Source: Eledone cirrhosa
Lineage: Eukaryota
Assembly: GCA_964016885.1 (NCBI GenBank)
Contig: OZ024753.1
Coordinates: 18,662,001 to 18,726,000, forward strand
DNA: 64,000 nucleotides
Direction: 5' to 3'
In this document: in pieces, positions 50,820-60,622 of the stretch
Numbering within the stretch: position 1 is the stretch's first letter
Layout: every line of letters starts with the position of its first letter
The notes under the pieces: model-generated
What the model saw: the letters and a program-made list of their open reading frames with translations, nothing else
The model's database searches: none
Told to the model about the DNA's origin: nothing
Position numbers and translations under genes: made by a program

Positions 50820-52356
50820 AAGATAGAGAGAGAGAAAGATAGAGAGAGAGATAGAGAGATAGAGAGAGAGAGAGAGGGGGGAGAGAGATACAAAGAGATA
50901 AATATATATATAAAAAATAAAGATAAAGATAATAATGACAAAATTAAAAGCAAAGAATAGGAGAGAAAGAAGAAAAGAAAAGATAGCCAAAAAGGGGAGG
51001 GAAGGAAGGAAGAAAACGAAGAAATAGAAGAGGGATGAAGGAGTAGGGAGGGATATAGGTATTGGTTTTTGTGGGTAATTAAAAGGGTTTAGATACAAGA
51101 GGGTATAAAGTCTAAGTATATGCAGTTTGTCAGTTAGTAGTAAGAGGTTAAGGGTTCGATTTGCACTTGTAGTGCGAACACTTCTCTTTGAGTCTATGGT
51201 TTCAATAAATTGTAACTGCCACATATCTGAAACCTGTGCATTACATAATGAATGTATGCAGTCTAACTTGGTTTACCAATGCACAGTGGAATCAGACAAC
51301 CAGAAATGGTATTACATCGGAGTGACTGGGAATACATTTAAAGCCCGTTGGTATACACACCGTTACGCAATGAAACATTCCCAGCATCGTTATGTAACTA
51401 CTCTTGCAAACAAGACCTGGCTACTGAGGGAAAGTAACCATCAATACACTCTGAAGTGGAAACAATTATTTAACGCACCCCCATATCGGAGTGGTATGAG
51501 AAGCTGTCGATTATGTGACCTTGAGCTGTTTCACATTTTGAGGTCGAAGAATAAGTTACTCAACAATAAAATCGAAAGATCAATTTATTATTTATTGTAA
51601 CCATAGACTCAAAGAGAAGTTTTCGCACTACAAGTGCAAATCGAACCCTTAACCTCTTACTACCAACTGACAAACTGCATATACTTAGATTTTATACCCT
51701 CTTGTTGTATCTAAACCCTTTTAATTTCCCACAAAAACCAATAACCCCTGCCTACTCCTTCATTCCTCTTCTATTTCTTCGTTTTCTTCCTTCGTTTTCT
51801 TCCTTCCCTCCCCTTTTTGACTACCTTTTCTTTTCTTCTTTCTCCCCCTTCTTTGCTTTTACTTTTGTCATTATTATCTTTATCTTTATTTTTTATATAT
51901 ATATTTATTTCTTTATATCTCCCCCTCTCTCTATCCATCCCTCCCACTATGATCAATTTAATTCTCTTTAACTCACTACATTCCACAACATGAAGTCTAC
52001 ATATCAAAAGAATCCTTCCAGCTCTACCCCTCCCACCATCTCAGTTTGTCACTCTACTTCCTAACTCTCCCCCTTCCTCTCTCTCTATACTATTCCGTTT
52101 GTCCCCCCACCTTCTGATTCCTCTCTCTCTATACTAGTAAATACAATTCCAAAAACAATTTTTTCTCTATATATTAAGAACTATTTCAAGAGTAACTTAC
52201 TCACTATTTTGAAAATGTGGACTGTGAACAACAATTATAATTGAGTGGCTGCTATTTGCAGTATAGGAATATAAGGTTGCACTTACCAATGAAACGGTCG
52301 TAAGTACCTGGATAAAATGCCTCTCTTAATGCTTACCTGTGTTTTCTCTTTTATAT
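50348..52356 (+). mobile_element. Second Naiad-type PLE family: inverted pLTR (50348-51212) + truncated direct copy (51208-52356)
   Basis: 50348-51212 is the reverse complement of ~51581-52356; the centre encodes GIY-YIG. Confidence 0.85.
51208..51652 (+). pseudogene. Naiad GIY-YIG endonuclease fragment
   Basis: NCNCHISETCALHNECMQSNLVYQC...YYIGVTGNTFKARWYTH...CRLCDLE...LLNNKIERS. A 7-bp duplication (ATTTATT) shifts the frame before IYCNHRLKEKFSHYKCKSNP*. Confidence 0.85.
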
Positions 52357-54389
52357 ATTATATATATATATATAAATGAAAATAGAGAAATTAATGTGTG
52401 CAAGAAGCCAACAGTATTTCATAATATATAAGTGACTATAACGTCAATATGGAAAATATTTAACGTAAGATATGGGGAAATACTTCAAGCTCAATTCAAA
52501 AAAAGTCAAGACAGAACTTTTATCGACTGATTTTGTGAAATCCAGGGAAAAAACCAATAGATACTTAACTCAGAATAAAATTAAGGTTTAATACTTATCC
52601 GTTAATTTCGAAAAAACTACAAATGCTCTATATACTCTAAAAATACTATTTCACGAAACTTTTCAGTGTGGTTAGTCACGGTTGGAGTCGTTCATCAGTA
52701 GAGCTCAAACACGATAACCAAAAACCACTGCTAAAACGTGCCAGGAAAGGAATTGAAACAGCAGGCTAGTACACGACGTGTGGAATTATGAAAATAAACA
52801 CACATAAAGAATAGGGTTAGTGACGTCAGATTAAGACGAATATATATATATGTATTGTTATATTAATATTGTCAGAAATAATAACAGAACACACTCTCTG
52901 TTTCATTGGTTTTCGCTTCTCTATCTTTTATATCTCCACAGTTAATTAATTTGGTCTCCTATGTTTATCATTGACAAAATACAGATATAATACAGATATA
53001 AACAGTTCTTTCGTTGCACATCTGCAACATCATCAGTGGTACAAGCTGAAAGGTTATATATATCTATATATATATAGTAATAAGAATATTTATACTTATA
53101 TACGTTTATTATACAATTATAAATATGGAGGGTAGTACCAAGTACATATATATATATATATATATGGTGGTATGTGTAATTTAAACAATGATTAAGTATT
53201 TAAGTATAATTAACAAGTCCTTCCTATACGTACAATAGAAGATTATAGAAGTCGTGTGACTATTACTCAATAGAATAACAGCTGATTAGATATGTACGTT
53301 GCAGACAAGGCTGTTTGTGACAGAGGAAGACCGTATACGAGCAACGGTTGCTGGATATTTCTTCAACATATTCCGTGAAATATATCTCCTTGAAACTATA
53401 TATGGTGTACTCTGTTGAACGGGTGGCTGATGTATAACCGGGTATGTGCCAATGTAAGTCATTCCTTGCTGAACATTGTGGGGAAATGTTTCGTTGTAAG
53501 AGAACTTCGTCATTTTGGCCACTGACTGACAACGTGTCGCTACATTTATATTGACTTATATTGAAATCAGTTGACAGCAGATCACACCGGGAATTCATCC
53601 CTTGACAACGACTGATTAGAGAGAGAGGGGGGGCGAGGGGGCGAGGGAGAGAGAGGGAGAAAGAGAGAGGGAGAGAGAAAGGGAGAGAGAGAGGGAGAGA
53701 GAGGGGGACATAGAGGGGGACAGAGGGAGAGGGAGAGAGAGAGGGACAAAGAGAGGGGGAGGGAGAGGGGTAATTGGAAAGTAAACAAAGAGGGTCGAGA
53801 GAGATAGAAAAATAGAGAGGAAGAGGGAGAAACAGAGAAACAACGTGTGAGGGTCGAGAAGGAGGGAGAGGAAGAGGGAAACAACCAGGATATGACAAAT
53901 ATTTTTCACGATTTTGTATGCGTCCTATGTAGTTTCTTTAGAATCATACATTTCTCACATCAAACATCACCATTTCTAGACATTCACGATCTCATCTTCG
54001 CAATGATTCGATGTTTGCGTATGTTTCTCCTTCTGTGGAGTAGACATGTTGAATGTTATTAGTGTATATCTTTCTGTTCATTTTACAATGTTGCTGTACT
54101 CATTATTCCAACAGCAAACGTATCTTTATGAATGAAATCTATAAAGATTCACCTTGTGTTATATTTTATATTTCATATTAAGATTAGTTTTGTATTTGAT
54201 ATTCTAGTTCAATTTGTCATTGTTGTCAGTATGTGGTGATCTGACGATAGAATGACACTTCATGGCTAATATAACACATTTAGCGATGTACTTTACAGCA
54301 TGTTTTGAAAGAAATTCTATATTACATTGGCTATTAATAGTTTCTTGATAGGATTGTAGGCTTCTGTTTTTCTATTAATAAAAATGTTA

Positions 54390-54676
54390 TCGTGTCTATT
54401 TCAGTACCAATAAAATATCGCCTCTGATTTCTTAAGCATAACAATCTCATCCATCAAAACCCTAAGCGATTTAATTAATAAGCTTAATTGCCATCATCTA
54501 CAAACTAATGTAATGGATATTGTTCAACGACTGCATAGTTACCGACCGAACAATGAACCCATCGTTAAAATATTAAATTAAGTTCCTTATTATAGCAGAG
54601 AAAATTTCACCACTCTTCTTTCACGGACTTGAACTCGCTACAGTGGCGGATGCCAGAGGGTAAGTATCATAATCAT
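54390..54676 (-). repeat. ~285-bp interspersed repeat, copy 1 (partner 57917-58197), SINE-like
   Basis: Colinear similarity of the two copies; B-box-like GAGTTCAAGTCC on the minus strand. Confidence 0.7.
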
Positions 54677-54719
54677 GTACATAATTATGATACTTACCCT
54701 CTGTACACTATTAATAGTT

Positions 54720-54977
54720 TGTTGGATTGACAGTGTAGGTAGAGAGTCGGACACCATGCTTTCCAGCATAGTTACCTCCCTTTATGGTCTGAGTTCAAAT
54801 CCCGCCGAGGTTAACTTTGCCATTTATCCTTACGGGGTCGATAACATAAAGTACCAGTCATGCACTGGGATAATTGCTGGCCTTGTGCCAAATGTAGAAA
54901 CAATTATGTCTATAAAATAATGTACCAGTAATGTACTGGTTAATTGCTAGCCTTGTGCCAAATGTAGAACCAATTAT
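54720..54977 (+). mobile_element. tRNA-derived SINE with duplicated 3' tail (54921-54977)
   Basis: Homology to other copies. Confidence 0.85.
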
Positions 54978-55112
54978 TAATAGTTTGTTCGTAGGATTGT
55001 AAGTTTGTGTTTTCTGATTAATACAAATATGTATAATAGTGTTTCCATTGTATTTATCTTATAATAAAGAGAGGAATGCTGGACATCGTCCGTTTTATAT
55101 GTTTTTGAATAA

Positions 55113-55304
55113 ATAATTGTTTCTATTTTAGGCACACGACCAGCAATTACCCAGTACATTACTGGTACTCTATTTTATCGACCCCGTAAGGATGAAAGGC
55201 AAAGTTAACCTCGGCGGGATTTGAAGTCCGATCATAAAGGGACGTAACTCTATGCTTCAAAGCATGGTGTCCGACTCTCTACCGATACTGCCAATCCACC
55301 GCCC
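55113..55304 (-). mobile_element. tRNA-derived SINE, full length
   Basis: Homology; 13-bp TSD TTGAATAAATAAT. Confidence 0.85.
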
Positions 55305-55386
55305 ATTGAATAAATAATGAATGAACATCATATAATTCATCTACTAAATTTCGTAGCTGTTGATTTAACATTAATATTCTTATATA

Positions 55387-55572
55387 TAATAGTTTCTACT
55401 TTTGGCACAGGGCCAGTAATTATCCCAGTGCATTACTGGTACTTTGTTTTATCGACCCAGTAAGGATGAAAAGCAAAGTTAACCTCGACGGGATTTGAAC
55501 TCAGAATGGCAAGGGCCATAACTATGCTGCAAAGCATTTGCGTCCGACTGTCTACCGATCCTGCCAATCCAC
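55387..55572 (-). mobile_element. tRNA-derived SINE
   Basis: Homology; TATATAAT on both flanks. Confidence 0.85.
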
Positions 55573-56167
55573 TATATAATGCTGGCTTATTTTAAGATTC
55601 ACTTCCTTTAACATTTTCTAAAGTCATTACTTCCGTTTATGATATAACAGACGCTATATTATATAGCTTATATAAACGTTCATATATTTCCACGTTATAT
55701 AAGTTTTATATTTCTGTCGCTAATTTTCTCCTTTTTCGTTTTCATTACATTTCACCGTAATGCAGTTAATATATAATATATTTTTTTAAATGTATCATGG
55801 ATTACTTTTCTGATTACAGAAGAGAATGCAACACAGTCTCTCTATATATTACTATGACCCGATGAAGAATAATATAAATATATAGATGGAAACCGTGATG
55901 AAGTATTTGGTAAAGTGCACTGTTCTAAACAAACTGTTAATCATTAAAAAGGAATTTATAAATTGATAAATAAAAGATAGTGATATATTTCTTTAATTAT
56001 GTGTGAATACATAAGAGAACCATATCATGTGTAAGATCACGTGTAACACGTCAAGCGACAAAGCTGTATTTTATGGTGAATGTATAGCGGTTTCCTGAAT
56101 GAAACACCACGACTTCGGTCAAGTGAGGAAGAACAAAAGATCAGCGAAATAGTTAAACACAAAACCA

Positions 56168-56570
56168 GGGAAAATATAACGTAGCAGAATGTGAGGAAAA
56201 TATAACACAGCAGACTGTAATGAACATATAACGTAGCAGATTATGTGAGGAAAATATAACGTAGCAGATTGTAAAAAAAATATAACGAATAAAATAAAAC
56301 GTAGCAGAGTGTAAGGGAAATGTAATGGAGCAGAGGGTGAGGAAAATATAACGAAGCAGAATGTGAGGAACATGTAGCGTAGCAGAATGTAAGGAAAATA
56401 TAACGTAGCAGAGTGTAAGGAACATATAACGTAGCAGAGGGTGAGGAAAATATAACGTAGCAGAGGGTGAGGAAAATATAACGTAGCAGAGGGTGAGGAA
56501 AATATAACGTAGCAGAGGGTGAGCAACAAATAACGTAGCAAAGTGTAAGGAAATATTACGTAGTAGAGAT
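56168..56570. repeat. ~26-bp minisatellite GAGGAAAATATAACGTAGCAGAGGGT, about 15 units
   Basis: Direct reading; one more unit at 57254-57271. Confidence 0.9.
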
Positions 56571-56589
56571 TAGATAACATACATTCTGA

Positions 56590-57253
56590 TAATCCATTAA
56601 TCTGGATACCTAAATATGTAATGGTTACGCGATACCCACCCACCCCCGCTACACAGCCCCGGTGGACAGGATGGAGAAGGAGTTCCCGCGACGGCAAGGG
56701 AGACGCGCTGGAAAAGCCACTCCAACTCGCGGGGTTCACAGCTACAGCTGGCCAGCTCAGCGCCTATGGTGGTGAGTAGGGAGGTAGCCCTGGGGCCGAG
56801 GACACCAGAGGTCTCCACTGCCAGGGGTACAACCGCAAACCTGTCGGAGAGCGACCTATATCCTCAGCCCGACGTGCAGCAGAACCTGGGTTAGTGGCAG
56901 AATTCATCAGGTTACGGCTGCAGAAAGTGTCGGTGCAAGTAGCATCCCAGGCGAGTGGTTTGCCACCGCGGAACGGGGAGATGGTCATGCCATCTGGCCT
57001 TTTGCCGACGCCTCGATCCAGCCCAAGCGGCTCGAGCTGGGGACGGAATCCCGCAGTGTCCAAGCCATGATTTATGACCTCGTTGCGGGCAGCATGGCGT
57101 GGAAGGCGGCCGACACTGTGGCAACAGGAAAGCGGGTGGAGGGGTCCAGGGTGCCATGGATGAGCCTATTGGTGAGCGCCACAATTGCACTCAGAGGGCG
57201 GCGCCCGGCCTCATCAGAGAGGGGAGATAGCAACTCCTTGAGGTGGCCTGGTC
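56590..57253 (-). mobile_element. Internally deleted CRE-clade RLE retrotransposon fragment
   Basis: GC-rich island. PGHLKELLS..EAG (pre-RT region) is fused to LHPLSC..GRLPRHAARNEVI...LEPLGLDRGVGKRPDGMT..P..GKPLAWDATC.DT...AA.RAE...ETSGVLG...FQRVSLAV. Confidence 0.8.
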
Positions 57254-57916
57254 ATAACGTAGCAAAGTGTATATAACGTTATATTACAATGGCAAACTGA
57301 AATATAGAATTTGGAACATATCAGCAAGATATGACAGGACGTGGTTAATCTTCTCTTTCTCTCTTCGTTTCTTTCTCTCTCCCACTCTTTCTCTCTCGCT
57401 ATCTTTCTTTCTCTCTCTCTCTCTACCTCTCTTTCTCGTTCTCTTTGTTTCTCTCTTTCGCTCTCACTCTCTTTCCCTCTCTTTGTTTCTCTTTCTCTCT
57501 CACTCTCTCTCCCACCTCTCTCTCTCTCACCTCTCTCTCTCTCTCTCTCTCACACACACAAACAAGCGCACTCTCTTTCTGTCGTTTTATCTCTCTATAC
57601 CTATAGCCAGTTGTCTGTGTGTATGCCTCTCTTTTGCACACCCAGAATAGACTACACACATATTCCTCCTTATTTAACATCACGCAACAGTAAACAATAC
57701 CAATTACAGGGCAAACATCCTTTGGAAACCTTTACAAAAAGTCATTATATACGAAACATTGACGATTGTTCACTACAAATCTGTCTCTTTAAGACAAAAA
57801 CAAAACAAGATAATGCTATATCAATCTGCTGCCTTCACCGTCTTTGATTAAATTCCTGATGTAAATTTCAATAGAAGTACAGAGCAACGTGTATCATCTA
57901 TTTCATAGGAGTTTCT

Positions 57917-58197
57917 CGTGTCTATTTCAGAACCAGTAAAATATCGCCTCTGATCCTAAGTAAAACAATCTCATCCATCAAAACCCTGAGCTATTTAATT
58001 AATTAGCTTAATTACCATCATCTACAAAGTACTGTAATGGATATTGCTGAACGACTGCAGGGTTACTGGCCGAACAATCAACCCCTCGTTAAAATGATAA
58101 ATTAAATTCCTTACTATAGCAGAAAAAATTCCGTCACTCTCCTTTCTCGGACTTGAAAGCGCTATATTGTATTCCAGAAGGTAAGCATCATAAACAT
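57917..58197 (-). repeat. ~285-bp interspersed repeat, copy 2
   Basis: Matches 54390-54676. Confidence 0.7.
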
Positions 58198-58838
58198 CTA
58201 CATGATAGGATCTTTAGGAAGATGCACTCTATATCAAACTCGAATTCAAGCAAATAAACTGGAGATTTCTACAGTGAATGCAATACTGCCTTAATGGACC
58301 GTCTATTAGAATAATATTTCAGGTTAACAATCAGATCCGTTACTCCTGAATATGCTAATGCCACGACAACCTTTACGGGGAACTCGTCTTCCTATGTTGT
58401 CAGATTTTGTAGATGATCTGTAAAAAGAACGAACTATCTTTTCACCCTGAATTTGACGATGTTTTTAGCAAGAATTTCGACGGATTAACGTGAAAGTAAT
58501 CCGGTTCCTTCTAGCTTAAACAGAAGATTTGCCATAAAATCCAGTGAAAATAATTGGAATGTAGAATTTGAGAAATTAAGATGTAACTTTCAATCAAAAT
58601 CACCCTTCTTAAAATTTTGCATTGGGTATTACAGATTCTGAATATTAGAGCAACTTGAAATTCTCGGAGTAACCATAGACGTAGAGTTGGCTAGATTTCG
58701 CTTATGTCACCCCTAACCAACCTTTATCGCACGAGTCGAATCCTCTCGATTATAGGGTCTATATCCATTTATTTTCTGATATCTTCCTCTCTTGTAAGAT
58801 CCAACAAGGAAACGCCTTTTATTTTTATCATTATATTC

Positions 58839-59413
58839 ATTGGCAGTAAAGCGTCGGACAACATGCTTTGCGGCATATAATTACGCCCCTTTACGTTCTA
58901 ATTTCAAATCACGCCGATGTTAGCTTTGCCATTAATTCTTACTGTGTCGATAGAATAAAGTACCAGTAAGACACTGGAGTCGATGTAATCAAGTTTCCCC
59001 TCAAAAACGTCTCTTGGGATTCTGCCTATATTAGATACCATTATTATTGGCATTATCGGTAGAGGGTCGGACAACATGCTTTTCAGCACAGAGTTACGCC
59101 CCTTTCTGATCCGAGTTCAAATCGTGCCGAGGTCAACTTTGCCTTTCATCCTTACGGGGTCGATAAAATAAAGTACTAGTAATGCACTGGGATAATTGCT
59201 GGCCTTGTGCCAAACGTAGAAACAATTATTATTGGCAGTACCGGTACAGGGTCGGACGCCATGGTTTGCAGCATATAGTTGTGGCTCTTTCCATTCTGAG
59301 TCCAGATCCCGCCGAAGATAACTTTGCTTTCATCCTTGCATGGTCGATAAAATAAAGTACCAGTAATGCACTGGGTAATTGCTGGCCTTGTGCCAAAAGT
59401 AGAAACAAATATT
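58839..59413 (+). mobile_element. Three head-to-tail tRNA-derived SINEs (58839-59047, 59047-59231, 59231-59413)
   Basis: Each begins ATTGGCA.TA and ends AAAC(C/A)ATTATT or similar; the first has the older longer tail. Confidence 0.85.
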
Positions 59414-59941
59414 ATATATAATTCAATTCTCATTTATATATGCACTGCTAGTGTTTAGAGAAGACATGTTCCTACGAACAATTCCTTCACAATATATAAT
59501 AACCTTAAGCGTCTCAAAGAAGCCGCGTCCCAGACAGTTAGGACCGACTTCAAACATCATATGTCCATTCATTTTAATTATAGGATTATGTCATTTTCAG
59601 TAGTTTTCATTCTAAAGCTTAGTCCAACCATTTAGTCGCCAGCAGAATTTCTATTGATTTCTCATAATCTACGTAAATAATTTGTTTTTAGCTCGAGTGA
59701 AGGCATGTCTACTACAAATTAAATACAGTGGTAACATGCACTTTTAAATAAACAATTCCAGCATTACAGTGTATGTACACAAGCAAGCGTTGTAATACCT
59801 ACCCCATACAAATATTTGCCATTTACATAATGTGATGGACTTGGTATAAAACCTTGTTTCCACGTCGTTCTGAACGTGAAACTTTCGAAGTATACAGAGA
59901 GACAATTATACATCTGAAATACACACATGCCTATATGAATG

Positions 59942-59985
<44 letters not shown>

Positions 59986-59988
<3 letters not shown>

Positions 59989-60380
59989 CGGGTAACATTC
60001 CCGAGATCCATGGACCAGTTCTCTCCAGCGGTCTCTGTCCCTCATTATCGCTGCCATGTCCTGCGTCTCCAACAGACCAGTGTCTGTCCTTAGGGCATCA
60101 ACATACGTTAACCTTGGTCTTCCTCTTCCAGTGTGTCCATGCAGGGGCTCCCACAGGAACAATGAGTGCAGTGTCAACTCTTGATGTCGGTGAGCATATC
60201 CAGCTAACCTCAGTCTCCTCTGCTCTACAGACCTGAAGATCCGCCTCTTCATTGCTAGAGTCTGTGCTGCTGTACGGATCTGAGACTTGGACACTGACCA
60301 GTAAACTTACTCAGATGGTGGATGAGTGTTACACGAGAATGCTGAGGATGTCTCTGAACATCAATCAGTATACACTGAGG
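59986..60380 (-). mobile_element. RTE-X-like LINE 3' fragment with 5' inversion
   Basis: Minus 59986-60229: VEQRRLRLAGYAHRH...LWEP.HG..GRGRPRLTYVD.L...RDRWR. Plus 60230-60380: LKIRLFIA..ESVLLYGSETWTLT...YTRMLRMSLNI. Confidence 0.85.
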
Positions 60381-60424
60381 ATATATATATATAGAGAGAG
60401 AGCCCATTCGATAAAAATGACGAT

Positions 60425-60622
60425 GGGATTTGCACCTCCGAGGCACAAGGTGGTTAGTGGACGACCTGCCGTCACCCATACTTACCAGTCTCCCCTCTCT
60501 ACGCCAACGATGTTATCCAAGGGAAAAGCAATGACCGATACAGCTCGGCACCAGTGACGTCACAACTGATTTCTACAGCTGAGTAAGTTCCCGGTCCGAG
60601 AATCGATCTCACAACCTTTCGG
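60425..60622 (-). mobile_element. Degenerate SINE of a second family
   Basis: GTTATCCAAGGGAAA...GATACAGCT.GGCACCAGTGACGTC.CAACT.ATTTCTACAGCTGAGT resembles a common octopod SINE from memory; B-box remnant at ~60596-60610. Confidence 0.5.

Noticed and set aside
56168-56570. CRISPR-like array
   Set aside because: Contiguous tandem units without unique spacers; eukaryotic context, no cas genes
57205-57220. CTGATGAGGCC hammerhead core
   Set aside because: Inside CRE coding sequence (SDEAG); no GAAA or stems
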